Source: Octopus sinensis
Taxonomy: Eukaryota
Assembly: GCF_006345805.1 (NCBI RefSeq)
Contig: NC_043002.1
Span: 2,852,001 to 2,916,000, forward strand
Length of the DNA: 64,000 nucleotides
Reading direction: 5' to 3'
Shown: positions 38,051 through 54,000 of the stretch, in pieces
How positions within the stretch are numbered: position 1 is the first letter of the stretch
Layout of the letters: every line of letters starts with the position of its first letter
Position numbers and translations under genes: made by a program
Notes under the pieces: generated by a model
What the model was told of the DNA's origin: nothing
The model's input: the letters and a program-made list of their open reading frames with translations, nothing else
The model's database searches: none

Positions 38051-38200
38051 ATGGAAACCGATGAAGTTGTCCGTCATCCCACTCGGCCACACGGCGGACA
38101 CGCTGCAGTGGCTTTGTTACCGTCACGTGTAAATGCTGCAAATGCTCCGCTGGTGTCACAAAGACATGCCACAGTGAATCAGCAGAAAACATATTTTATG
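38051..38200 (+). CDS. Candidate first coding exon of an unidentified gene
   Basis: A GC-richer 50-codon open frame (METDEVVRHP..QKTYFM) ending exactly at a phase-0 ATG|gtatgt donor; no homology recognised. Confidence 0.25.
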
Positions 38201-40379
38201 GTATGTCTACACCACGTCTACATCGTTCTAATTCTTCATAATTAAGTTGGGACAGGAACTTCGTTTTCCGAAATTTAACATCTCGTTTTAGGCGAGAGTC
38301 TTATAGTAAACAAACCTGCCGTAGAAATGTATTGAGATTTGTTGAAGTGGCGGACGTACAAAGTCTTCCACTAATCCGTTTTACTATCGATTAATGGAGT
38401 TAGTCAATTACGAACTTAAGGTTTAACTTTGATGGATAGATCTTGTGATAAATACTAGGATTTACACAAATGCACCAGGGAAAGGTCTTCCATTCGACCT
38501 CTAACCATTACTTTGTTCAAAATGTAACGCGACTTGTGGTTGGCTGGAAATGTTAGATGTGGTTCAAGCGCTAACATTTTGAAATCTTCGTTGAGCCGTT
38601 TCATTTTTGCCAGTCTTGTTACTTGCCATTTCTAGCCTTAGACATTCAATTGTAGATGGATTCTCTCCTCCAGGTAGACTTACCTTATGACACGACATGG
38701 AAACAAAGCTTTCAACGCTGCAACGTTCGAGAAAGAATTACTTTCGTGAAAAAGACGCAAGCAATGGAAATGGAGATGCGAAAGAAACATTAAGCTAAAT
38801 AATGGTAAGCACTGAATTGGAAGTTTGGGTCAAGGCAGCAGCAATTCCAGCGTTTATCAGTTGGGCACTGGTCACTCACCTTTAGAGAGAATGTCTTGTG
38901 GGTTGATTGTAGTCCAATATATTACTGGTATTGGCATTAACTATTCCGGATAGATTTGAGTCAAAATTGATTGCGATAGGTTTTTAACATGGAACTTAGA
39001 GAACCAAAAATGAAGCAATTCTCCTGAAATTCTACCGTTTCTCTCACCTCCACCACCCTTGATTATTGTAGAAATTATTGGTATTCCGTAAACATCTAAT
39101 TCTGATCCTTTTTTTTTTATTATTATTTATTGAAATATTTATACCTCCACAAAGAAGGTCAACGCCATTTTCTCTTTAAAATGTAAAATAGAAATAAAAA
39201 AATACTTGAAAATAAGAAATTGTTGAGGTTTTTTTTATTTTAGTTTTTGTGGTTGTTGTTCTCTGCGAGGTGTCTTTCATTTTCTTGCTATGACTGAATC
39301 GATGGAGCCAATTCCAGTGACTATGATTCCAGGGAATTTCGGCTCAAAACTGCCTTTTAAATCAAATATTAATAAATTTATATTTTCTGGTTTAGAAAAA
39401 ATTTCGTTTCAAAATCTTCAGATTTACTTTTTTAATTACCGAAAACAATAATTTTCCTGCTGTGCTTCTTTTTTTTCTTTGTATTCTTTTTCTTTTTTTT
39501 TTTTTTTCTTTTTGAGTCAGCGGCAAGTATCATGGATATATGATATTGTTTTTTAATTGACAAACCGGAATTGGAGCAACCCATAAATATTGATAAATCA
39601 CATTTTATTTTTATTTTTATTTATATTAACAGCAGCGAATATATTTCGCTTCAAATCATTTTAATTTTTAATGTAACCCATTTATTATCTTTTTAAAACA
39701 TAAATCAAATAAAAAAAAATAAGCGTTGAAATTTTAAAAAAAAGAACAGATTTGGAAATTTCTATTGTTGGAATTTTAGCACTTCAAAGTAATTTTGATT
39801 TTCCTGTTGATAAGACCCATTAAAATAACATCATTAGAATAAAACTTACATTATCTGGCCTTAATCTCGACATAAATCTCTGTTAGTTGACATAAACTCA
39901 ACCAAGTAGAAATTCAATCAAGAAGCTTCATTAATGCCGCCGGAGCTGACTTCCACTAATCTAATTCATCATTTTAATTTCACTATCGTCAATTTATCTC
40001 GACATATAAATCATTTCTCTCTTGCCAACAACACAATGTTTTATATTTTCCATTTCATTTTTGTTAGAAAGTGAGAGAGAGATATCGTCTGCCCTTTCCC
40101 GTCGAAGTATTTTAATCCCAGTAAATATATTTTAAAACCACAGTCGACACTCGGGAATCGGTATTCCATTTCAGCTTTATGGTTCGAAGATGAGAGATAC
40201 ATTTTTTCTCCCTGGATACTGCGACCAGACAGTCGTAGATAGAATTCTCCTATGACATGGTATATATATTCCGGAATTCTCAAACGACTTGGTGTATATT
40301 CCGGAATTCTCCAATGCCATGATATATATTCTAAAATGCTCTCATCACTTACTGTGTATATTCTCGCTAAGAGATGCTG

Positions 40380-41995
40380 TATAAAATGCAGAGGAAAATA
40401 GCAAAAAAGCTAAACGTGCTGTAACGCAACACCAAAGTCTAAACGACATCTCAAGAACTGCCAAACTTTCGCCACATACAGCATTCAGACGGTCATAATA
40501 CAAGAAGCAACGTTACAACGCCAACACAAAACACCCTCGAATTAAACCCAGCGAGAGATCCTATCAAGAGAGCAAAGATTGAGAAGGTCATATGCAGTGG
40601 ATCTGATACAAGACACCAAAATATACCCACGCCATTACGGGTGTCTCTTCACTCTGATTCATGGAAACTTATCGGACAACCATATATATATATATATTGA
40701 TGATGGTGCTCGTGGGCGAGAATGTGGCCCTTAGAGTTCAGGTGGAAGAAAACCCGCCTGCTATGAATGTGGGAAAAGGGCCACATTCGCGTGGACTGCG
40801 AAACAAGGAAACAAAAAGAAAAAGAAAAGATGGAAAAAATGTCGCAGACATCAGGCCCTTCAGAAAACCCAAAAATTGTTCCCAAACCTACATATATACC
40901 AGACCCCACACAAGCAAAAGTTCCCACTCCCCCAACTGCGGTGCCGGCCTCTAAACATAACACCACAAAAACCCAATCCCTGCATACACAAACCCCGACA
41001 CAAGTAAAAATACGCCCCCCCCCCTTGTTGGTACCTGATGGAAAAAGTGCGGCTCCTCGGACGACACCATGGAGATGGTGGAGGGGGGGTAGACAGTAGT
41101 TCGTAAATGAACTCAACCACCGTGCCATCTATTTCCCTCACAAAAACAAACAAGAATACTAAGAAAAAAAGAAAAAGATGACTGACATTAAGGTGTTGGT
41201 GGAATTTGACGCCAGAGACAAATACAAAGACGAAACAATTGTGAACCGCCATACCTCCAAGCTTTTCTCGAAGCGCAAAGACTTTCCGAAAAGGCGTACC
41301 TGGATAGGGGAAACCCTATTCAAGCAGTTGAAGGAAAGACACTCGACGGCCATCAGAAGAAGTGGGAACCTTCCGAAGTATTTGAAGAAGGAGGAGAAGG
41401 AAGGGGCTGCCTCGCGTGTGGTGAGGACGGCCCTAACGTCACCCATGAAGGGTTAGTAGAACCTCTACTTTTTAAGTTGTGACTGCACTTAACCTTGGTT
41501 GTCTGAATGTGCGTGGTCTGAGTTCGAAGTGGAAACAAACTTGTCTCCTCGACGACCTCAGATCACACGATATACATGTGATGCTTGCTACAGAGACCAA
41601 GCGGGACAGTCTACAAACCTTCTCGCTGTTCCTGAATGGCTATGAGAAAATCATGTCTCCTGGCCAGACCGGAGGACGAGGGGTGTAGTGGTACTGATCC
41701 GTAAAAGCTTGGCTCTGCAGACAAGTACAGTCTATGTGGACTCAGAAAGTTGGCTGGTCGTCCTTGATGTGACATACGTTCAGTTTGTCAGAGGTGTCCC
41801 CCTATCTCTGTTTTTGTATGTATTGGCTCTTGAGCCATTGCTGCAGAAGTTAGAGGCACTAGGGGGCGCACCGCATGATCTGTGGTGTCGAAGAAGAACT
41901 ACGGCGTATGCGGATGACATCTCCATCATCGTGGCGGATGAGGGCCAGCTTCCAGTGGTGGAAGAAAACCATCAAAAGTTACGAGGCAAATCTAT
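40380..41995 (+). mobile_element. Second Tx1-like LINE relic: ORF1 with zinc knuckle, ORF2 internally deleted, 3' end lost at a SINE
   Basis: GRKPACYECGK..GHIRVDC; MTALNLGCLNVRGL..ETK (APE endonuclease) fused at ~41773 to RSV.Q.CPLS..LYVLALEPLL..AYADD (RT). Confidence 0.85.
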
Positions 41996-42009
41996 ATGAA
42001 ATAAAGAAG

Positions 42010-42360
42010 CTTGATTACTAACCACATGGTGCCGGGTTCAGTCCCACTGCGTGGCTCCTTGGGCAAGTGTCTTCTACTATAGCCGACCAAAGCCTTGTGA
42101 GTGGATTTGGTAGACGGAAACTGAAAGAAGCCCGTATATATATGTATGTGTATTTATGTGTCTATGTTTGCCCCCGCCCCATCATCGCTTGGCAATCGAT
42201 GCTGGTATGTTTACGTGCCCGTAACTTAGCGGTTCGGCAAAAGAGACCGATAGAATAAGTACTAGGCTTACAAAGAATAAGTCATGGGATCGATTCGTTG
42301 GACTAAAGGCAGTGCTCTAGCATGGCCGCTGTCAAATGATTGAAACAAGCAAAAGAATAT
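42010..42360 (+). mobile_element. SINE family B
   Basis: aaccacatggtgccgggttcagtcccactgcgtgg..ggtagacggaaactgaaagaagccc..gattgaaacaag. Confidence 0.9.
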
Positions 42361-42397
42361 ACACACACATACACTCGCACATGTATATGCATGTATC

Positions 42398-42436
<39 letters not shown>

Positions 42437-42889
42437 ACATATGTATATGTGTATATATGTGTGTGTGTAAATGTGTGTATAAATGTGTGTGTGTGTGTGT
42501 GTATCGATAGAGATATAAAAACATTAAGCAGATATTGTACATAAACATAAAAATCTATCTTCATAATGCCCTAAATCGGTGTGAACCCCACAGGCTCGTT
42601 AGACCGGAGTTTAAGCCGATTTCACTGGGATTAGACCAACTAAGATTACACCATTCTCCCCTCGCCACCCCTAATCGAATGCCAGGTCCTGTGAGGATTC
42701 CGCATTTTCTGCTGAACGAACTAGGACGAAGGGAAATGAAGAGTTTTGCTCAAGAACACAGCGCAGCACCCGGTCGCGGTATCGAACTATCAACCTAACG
42801 ATCGGGATTGTACGTCAGTAATTGCTTCAAATAGATAGACAGACAGAGGGAGAGAGAAAGAGACAGACAGACAGAAAGAGAGAATGCTC

Positions 42890-42987
<98 letters not shown>
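42890..42987. repeat. (GATA)n microsatellite
   Basis: Directly visible; no Tx1 end seen at either side. Confidence 0.97.
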
Positions 42988-42988
<1 letters not shown>

Positions 42989-43850
42989 TATTGATTGCGT
43001 TTTTGTGAGTTGCATTTGATTGTGGGTTAATATGTTTATTTAAATATGAATATTTACATGCAACGAAAACACGAAGAGTTGCATGCGTTAATCCGATAAT
43101 TCATATATGTAGATACCTTGCGGATATGGCTGAGTTGAAAGCGCATGCGTACAGAGAACTGAACGCACGCTACCGAAAGAATGGATGGTTCATGTTACTT
43201 CAAAAGATAATCTTTTTTTTTTCAAAAGGAGTTAAAGATCAGTGACGAAGAAGACAGGAGAAAAAAATATTGATGGCCATACAGTAAACATGTAGAGAAG
43301 AAGACGGCTTTTGTCAGTAGTGCTCAGAGCAATAGGGTAAAGATGGATGCCGGGAATAAATGACAAGGTGATAGATAAGAGAAGACGGCAATGGGATTGT
43401 GGAGCCAAGAAATTGGAAAGGAAAAAGTTTGGAAGAACAGATGAAAGGAACTTGACAAGTCAATTACATACATACATACATACACGCACAAAGGTACGTA
43501 TATGCGCTTGTAGGTGACTGTGCATATTGTTAGATATATATATTTATAGAAACAAAATATATGTACACACACACTCACACACACAAGCACGCACATATAT
43601 AGATATAGATAATAGTATATGAATATATGTGTTTAGTTTGAGGAGTAAGTATTTATATACAGATTCATATATGCATATGTACATACCATATATATATATA
43701 TATTTCTTATGTACACATATATAAACATACATACTTATGTACATACATACAGACAGATAGACAAACATACATGCATACATACATATGCACACATGCACAT
43801 ACACATATATATACATATATATATGAAGATAGATAGTTAGATGACTGTAA

Positions 43851-43904
<54 letters not shown>

Positions 43905-44408
43905 CAGAGATTTAATACACACACATACACATATATGTTTGTGCACGTTTTCGGGAGTGTGTATATATCTAACGTAGACAAACATAAGACGGAGAGCTGA
44001 CAGGTTGGTTAAGCAGGCCGGTCAAAATGCTTAGCAGTATTCCTTGTGGTCCTGAGTTCAAATGGCGCCAAGATCGAGTTTGCTCTTCATCTCTTTTAGA
44101 GCGCTGGGGGTCGAAGTAATCAGCTTCCTCTCCTCCCAAAATTGCTGTGTAGATAGATCGATACACATGTTAAGTGTAAGGTCTGTTTGATTTGAGGAAT
44201 TTTAACGACGAAGCAAGAAGCCAACGGAGACGCTCTACCGATATCGAAATGTCGTTTTGTTGGGGACATCAAAGAAATCGATGAAAGCCAGACTTCGATG
44301 CCAATGTCTGAGACTGTAGAAAGGAGATTGTTGGTCCTGGAAATATCCTTTCTTTTGCTTTGCTCTTTTCAATAAGATCCACTTTTAAAGAGAGAGAGAG
44401 AGAGAGAG

Positions 44409-44518
<110 letters not shown>

Positions 44519-44586
44519 TGTGCGCGTGTGCGTGTGTGTGACTGGTAAGATGCCTATGTGTCTACCGTGTGGACAGTAATCTAGGA

Positions 44587-44875
44587 CAGTGGTTCTCGGC
44601 CATTTTTTTAAATCTTTGGACCTCTTTGATTCCTATTTCATTCAGGTAGACCCCCCCCCCACCACCACCTCTAGCCATTCCCTGTTTAAAAACTAGTTTT
44701 ATTGATGTTTCTTTCACAATTCCTTGTCTGCTTTTCACACATTTACCTGTGTAGAACGCTAGATAAAGAAACCTGGCTGTTTCTTGCATTACATCTAAAG
44801 CAAAGTTTTTCGTGGACTCTTAAAATACTACTTGGGGATACGCAAGGTTGTGAGGGGTCCGGTTGTGAACCTCTG
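44587..44875. mobile_element. hAT (Charlie-type) MITE with 8 bp TSD
   Basis: TIRs cagtggttctc / gtgaacctctg. Flanks ATCTAGGA (44579-44586) and ATCTAGGG (44876-44883) match the NTCTAGAN-type TSD. Confidence 0.8.
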
Positions 44876-45194
44876 ATCTAGGGTGTTAAAAATAGATTCT
44901 AGTGTCGTGACGTCTGTCTACTCTCTCTGGCGCGTCACCTGTTGGTCTTTCGCCTTTGGACGAGGATTTCGGTTCCGCTGTATAATGCTAGCTTAATGCG
45001 CCATGGCCATACATTAACAATCAATTTTATTGTCCCAGGACTTGACAGGTATTCAATTTTATAGAACTGGGGACGATGAAAAAACTCACGATGCAAAAAG
45101 ACGTAACAAATACGGCAAGCTTGTTGCGCGATTAACTGATTCCGCCAATCACCTGCCTTTACAAGTTACTATGGATATAATTAATATTAGTTTC

Positions 45195-45400
45195 AAATTT
45201 TCGCACAAGGCCAGCAATTTCTGGGAAGGGGTTAAGTTTATTACATCGACCCCAGTGCTCAGCTGGTACTTATTTTGTCGACCCCGAAAGGATGAAAAAC
45301 AAAGTCGACCTCGGCGGAATTTGAACTCAGATCGTAAAGACAGACGGAATGCCAAAAAGCATTTCGCCCAGCGTGCTAACCATTCTGCCAGCTCACCGCG
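45195..45400 (-). mobile_element. SINE family A, monomer
   Basis: Minus gcggtgagctggcagaatggttagcacgctgggcgaaatgc..gagttcaaattccgccgaggtcgac. Confidence 0.9.
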
Positions 45401-46869
45401 TTAAGCTTACAATTAATACTAAATCAACAAGTGTAAGACTTAAACCGCTCTTTCAATCCAGAACTTTTGAAAGACCACACCAGTTGACTGTACCAAACTG
45501 AAATATGGAGGAATTTCGTCCACAAATGAAGTGGGAATCACCGATGTTTCAATGATGGCATCGACATGACTGCTCGGCTTGTGAGAAATAGCAGCCAAAT
45601 CACACCCTGTCGTATTAAAAAAAGGATACATAAAATAGTTATGGAGACAAATTTGAAAATTAGATGAGTTTTCATGAGTGAAACGTCTCAAACCACAGAT
45701 TCGATCAATCAGAACTGATACGGGGTGAAACAACGACAATAACAACACTATTCTGAAAGAATACAACAGGGAATTGCTTTTAAGTTTCTCTCTACAGAAT
45801 TTCAATAGAATTTAGAGCCAGCACAAAAAGTTACAACACATTGTTTACATAGATGTATTCGTATATGGAACTTTCAGTGGTGGCTCTAAACTCTACAGAA
45901 TATCTGGAGATAACTTAACAATGGTTGAACTGCTTATAAGCATTCACTTATAAACCTGTAATATAGTTTGGTTACAAAACGAAATAGAGAATCCCTACCA
46001 GCAAAAAACAACGAATGTCTAATATATTCTTGAAATAACCGTGGAACTACTTTTATCTTTTGATTTCACCTGACGCTAACCTCGATTTCATAAATAAAAA
46101 AGCAAATATTCTTCTTGATGGTTTTTGTTTTCCATTAACCTATTGGCAACTGTAGATGAATGCATGTTACCTCCTGCTTATTAGATGCATCATTTTCCAT
46201 CAATAAACAAGCGAAGGTGATTTCTAATGCACCGTCAGTCTCCGTAAAAGCTGACGCATGGGGTTTCAAACTGCAAAGCTATTAAGGGACAGTGAGTGTT
46301 CCTATGAATGAGGGTGGGGGTGTCATTAACGCAACACTAACGAAATGGGAATTAACCACAAAATTCCATTATTGAACATAAATTGCTGGCCACATAACAG
46401 CACTTCCATCACAATGTACATTAAAAGTTCCTGTAAAATGCATTTGACAAAATTACGAAGAGCGCTTCTCTTATATTTTGTATGTCTATTACCAAATCCT
46501 TGCTCCGAAGAGTGCACGAAATATATTCCAACGAGGTGAGGCTCCATTAAAATAAATAGAATCAACCAGATGCTAAATCTCGAGTAAGGAACATAAACTA
46601 CAGGAGAGTTATTATAAAATCCCCATTATATTCTGATGGTATGAAACAGGTTTTTTTAACCAATCCTTGTATACGATCTGTTGCCATATTTGAAATGACC
46701 TATGATACTGACCGATACGGTTTTACATAGCTGGAAGCTTGTTGAATTGTCCTCTAAATTAATGACAATTGCTTTCAAGATATTACGAGTTCGGAGTCGT
46801 GTTCTGTTTGCTTATCAATGTAACACTCCTTACAGATGCATGAAAAATTATTTTAAAGGATGTGCGTGA

Positions 46870-46913
<44 letters not shown>

Positions 46914-46929
46914 AAAAGAGATCGTGTCT

Positions 46930-47130
46930 GAGTTTGTCCCTCACCACCACTTGACAATCGGTGTTGTTGTGTTTACACCCGCGTAACTTAGCGGTTCGGC
47001 AAAAAGGACCGATCTAATTAGTATCAGACTTTAAAAAAAATTAAGTATTAAGGTTGAGTCGTTCGAATAAAATTCTTTAATGCAATACCCCAGAATGGCC
47101 ACAGTCTATTGACTGAAACAAGTAAAAGAT
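46930..47130 (+). mobile_element. SINE family B, 3' half, decayed
   Basis: cgtaacttagcggttcggcaaaa..gactgaaacaagtaaaag. Confidence 0.75.
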
Positions 47131-47139
47131 AATGTGTAT

Positions 47140-47725
<586 letters not shown>

Positions 47726-48164
47726 AGATACACACACACACGCACACGCACGCACACACGCACACGCACGCACACACGCACACACGCACACACACAGAGT
47801 GTGTGTATTATTCACTTGCGGATAGGATCAGCAAAAGGCACTCAAATTAGTGAGAGTTAAATATCATTCAATGAATACAAGAGTTATATGTGGGCTACTT
47901 TAAGTTTCATGTTCGAATAGAGCAGCACTCGGAAGAACTGGGAGAGTAGTCTGAACGATTGTCGAATTATGCGCAGTACGTTATACAAAGCCGTCTGTGT
48001 AGCAAACTATCCGAGCAGGAGACTCGAAGTGCACTTTTCAAATCAAATCAAACCAGTTAATCATGCAAATTCTCTTTTAAAATACTAATGAAAACGAGCT
48101 GTTGAGAGTCAAGTATCACAGGAATCCCAGTCCGCAGTTTTAGGCATTTATATTTTGGTAGGTT

Positions 48165-48375
48165 ATTAAGGTGGCTATCTAGCAGGATCGCTAGCATGCC
48201 AGACTATATGCTTCGCGGCATTTCGTCCGTCTTTACGTTCTGAGTTAAAATTCCGCCAAGGTCGACTTTGCCTTTCATCCTTTCGGGGTCAGTAAAATAA
48301 GTACCAGTTGAACACTGGCATTGACTTAACCCCTCCCCCGAACTTGCTGGCCAGGTGCCAAAATTTGAAATCAAA
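48165..48375 (+). mobile_element. SINE family A, monomer
   Basis: tttacgttctgagttaaaattccgccaaggtcgactttgcctttcatcctttcggggtc..aagtaccagtt. Confidence 0.85.
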
Positions 48376-49015
48376 ATTTTGGTACATTATAATCGTTTAC
48401 TTTCTATGTTATAATTAGTTTATAAAAGTACACATTATCTCATGCTGTGGGGGAGGTTCTATTACATGTGCCAGTGTTGATGGGGTTGCTTCTTGTAGTT
48501 TCGATTGAATGGTACAACCTGGTGTTGAAACCACAATGTTTTCCAATAGAACAGCTGATGATGGGGCGTCTGCGCCTATTTCACTTCTCTTCAGTTGTTT
48601 TTGTCTTGAGGTTAATATAGAAACCTATATGTTCCCTTTTCCACGCATTCTTTGGAATTGCTACGTTCTTCAACATATCGATGTTATTCCTAATTGTGGA
48701 TCGAACTATTTAGGACTCTTCCATTGTCTAATAGGGGACTGGAGATCTCGCTTGACTGTTCCTATCTCTTTTATGTTAAGCTTTATAAGAGTCATATATT
48801 TAGCAGGATGTCGGTCAAGGATTTAGTTTAGAATTAGTGCGGGTTCATAAGAAATTAAGTAGTTTACAGGGCTAGGGATTAGCTAGGGATTAGATTACGG
48901 TGGATTTATGACATGTATGTGTATAGATATACACACACACATATGATAATGTTTGTTTTTATTTTCAGTTATGATAAAAGCAATTTTACATTAATCTGAT
49001 CGGTTACCCTTTACT

Positions 49016-49100
49016 TTTGTAAAGTATAAATTCATTATTCTTAAACAAGGATATTGACAGTGGCTTCTAAGTTTCGGCCAGTTGGGTCATCATCGGATGT
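49016..49100 (-). repeat. 85 bp repeat, inverted partner of 58871-58955; degenerate hammerhead-like motif
   Basis: The reverse complement acatccgatgatgacccaactggccgaaacttagaagccactgtcaatatcc.. aligns with 58871-58955. Confidence 0.8.
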
Positions 49101-49214
49101 GTATGTATGCGTGTGTCTGTATGTATGTTTATGTGTGTGTCTGTGTATACACACACATACACACAAACATAAATATGTGTGCGAATGAGAGTGTACAGAT
49201 GGATAGATAGACAG

Positions 49215-50788
<1,574 letters not shown>

Positions 50789-51087
50789 CTTTCTTTTATT
50801 AGCCACTCAGGGCTGAATACAGAGGGGACAAATACAAATGTAGAGCTTTTCTTTTCGAGGATGGAAAAAAAAGAAAATAAATGTAAGATTGCGATCAAAA
50901 GGGATCGAGAGGAGGAAAAAAAAAGAAAAGAAATCGTGTATCACAGAAACAATGATAAAAACATTGATAAAATAACATTGGGTTCATCCGTGGGAGGAAA
51001 AGCTTACAGAAAAGACCACGGGAACCTCAGTCAGGGGGGAGATAACCACATGAGAGCAAAATGCTCTCTCTCTTTCTTTTTTACGAT

Positions 51088-54000
51088 CTACAGGATCATG
51101 CTCAAAATGGTTTCGTTACTCGCACGCACCATCTTTGCAACATTCACCCATCTTTTTTTTAATCTTTCGCGAGACAAAACTTCCCTCTCCATTCTCACCT
51201 TCCTTCTCAAGTGGTACTTGAAAAAGTTGATGAGCGATTGGCCAGAGAGGTAAGTGTTTGTCTCTAATCCTTTCGCTCGGGTCCACCACACACATTCTTT
51301 CACCATGGCCACCAGTACGATGAAAACTGCCTTTCCTTCCCGGTTGAGGGAAGGGGGCGGAGCAATTCTCACGATAGACTCGGCCGATAGGCGGATTCGT
51401 CCCACACGTGACAGCAGCCGTTCGGCATAAGCCCACAGGTCTGAAATGGTTGGACATTGCACGAGTGCGTGCAGAACGGTTTCGTCGCTCTGACCGCATC
51501 TCGGGCAAGTCGGTCCAGTGTGTCTGGAACCGTGTCTGTAGAGCTTATCCCGAACAGGTAATGCTTCTCGATAGCACTGCCAGGCCAGGGATCTTTGGTG
51601 ATTGTTCATAGGTCCCAGCCCAAAAGTTGTCCTGAACAGGCGGGTCAGGTGTTCCTCGTCGACGCCCAGACTCTGCCCGAGTTCGTCGTCGCACCTCCCC
51701 TCCACTAATCCTCTATAGAATGCCTTTGTTGTGATGGAGTCGCACAAGTTCGATCCCGGACAGCAGAGTTGCTTGAGAGCAACGCGACACTCGCGGTGCC
51801 ATTCGCCTAGCCTCGGTCTCTGCTTGATCCATGACTGTAGTTCGTCCAAGGAGACGAGCTGCGGGAAAGCGCGCCGCACAAAAGGCGACCACACCTGTTC
51901 TCCGTTGTCTATGAAGCACCGTAGATGTCGCAGTCTCAGCGCATGTCTGCACATCATCAACCACGGCATGCCCAGCCCTCCATTTAGCGGGTGTTGACAG
52001 CAAATGGATCGCCTAACCATCGGAACGTTTCCCTTCCACAAGAAGCGGAAGAGTATACGTTCCAGTTTGGTGATGGTAGGGTCGGGACAAGGCACGACGG
52101 TCAGACGATACTCGATGACGGATGCGATGTACGCGTTCGCCACCTCCGCCCGACCTTTTAGGGATAGCTTTCTCTCAGCCCATTTCTGGGTGAGAGTAGC
52201 CACCCTAGTCGTTATCTCGCCCCAGTTCTTCTCCATTTGGAGGTCCGGACCGAACCAGACCCCGAGCAATTTAACCGGTCCGTCCGTCCAGCGTCCCACG
52301 ATGGAGACGCTGTTGGACGGCATGGGCCTGCTTCTCCAGGTGCCGAGCCGCAAGCCCACTGACTTTTCCCGGTTAATTTTTGCTCCCGTTACCGCTTCGT
52401 ATTCTTTTAGTGTCTCGCCGACCAGCTCGATGTGCTCGTAGCTCGACACTATGACGGTGACGTCATCCGCGTATGCAGACACGCTCCTCCTGCATCCCAG
52501 CTCTCGTGGATGCCCCTCAGCGTCGCCATTTTCCGCAGTAGTGGCTCAAGAGTCAATACATACAGCAGCAATGAGAGGGGGCATCCCTGACGAACCGAAC
52601 GCATGATGTTAAAAGGTCTAGATAGATGACCATTTACGCGAACTACTCAGCGGATGCCGCTGTATAAGGCAGCGATCCAACCGCGGAAAACTGGACCGAA
52701 ACCAGCCGCTTTAAGGACAGCCTCCAAGTAGTGATGGTCTACCCTATCGAAAGCTTTTGATTGATCCAAATTGATCAGCGCCCCACTCATGCCAGGATTC
52801 TTAACTACCCTTTCTATGATGTAGCGCATCAGATGGAGGTTGTCATGAATACTTCTACCCGGCACGGCGCATGTTTGCGCCTTGTCGATTAGTTTCTTGA
52901 TGAAAAGCGCCAACCTCTCGGCTAACACCTTGGCCAAAATTTTCAAATCTGCGTTGAGCAGAGTGATGGACCTGAAATTATCTATGACGTCACCCTTGTT
53001 TGGGTCTTTCTTAATCAGTGCCACTGCTCCTCGCTTTACAAAAGCAGGAATACTCCCGTTTTGCTGCCAGTTGCAGTAGACAGCTGCCAAGACGCCTCCA
53101 AACAAGTCTGGCATATGAAAATAAAGTTCGTAGGGCAGACCATCCAAGCCTGGTGACTTGTCTCTCGCGCAGCCTACTATCGCATCCTGTACGTCCGCAG
53201 CTGTGATAGGCCTTTCACAAGACTCCACCTCTCTTGCTGAGAGTCATGGCAAGGCATGCAGGTAGGCACTAAAGTCCACTCTGCGTTCTGACCCACCACT
53301 TGTCCCAAACAGTTGGGTGAAGTGTTGTTGAAAAGCCCCACACATCCTTTTAGGCTCGAGCAATTCGCGCCCCTGTTCATCTATAAGAGACTTGATGGTG
53401 GCTCTGTTGCTTCGTTGCGTCTCCACCACTCGAGCCTCTTGGGCGGCTCCAACTCCTTCGTTCCTCAGAGCACGCACCCTAGCTCTGACAATGCATCCCT
53501 CGTGTTTGGCGTTGAGGTGTTGGTCGAGGGCCAATCTCGCCGCCAGCACGTTGGACGCGATGCCAGTTCTAAGTGCCTCTTCTAAAACCTTAACTAATTC
53601 TCCCTCTATTCTATTTCGGTCTAATGCTAGGGCTTTACTGTATCTGACTGATTCTGCTTTAATTGCTTTTTTTAGGGCATACCACCATCTGTTGTTGATG
53701 ATGGTACCCGTCAAAGCTCTCTTAACTAATGTGCTGATCCGGTCCCTGTAAACCTGTCGTGCTGTAAAAGACGCGTTCAGTTTCCAGTAACCAGGACCCT
53801 GCCTATGTGTCTTATCTAAGTCAAGTGTACAAGTCACAAACTTGTGATCTGTGTAACTGACTATAAGAAATTGTGGACAACCTACACTATTTTTATCTAT
53901 TGTCCTACAGAATACTCTATCTAAGTATGATCTGGACGACCCGATGCGATTACTCCATGTCCACATTGGCACATTCGGGTGGTCCAGTCGGTACCTGTCA

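Noticed and set aside
46326-46565. Possible Penelope RT fragment (ELLMYIV..FMFNN)
   Set aside because: Only one weak motif; no convincing QxxGxxMG or YVDD nearby.
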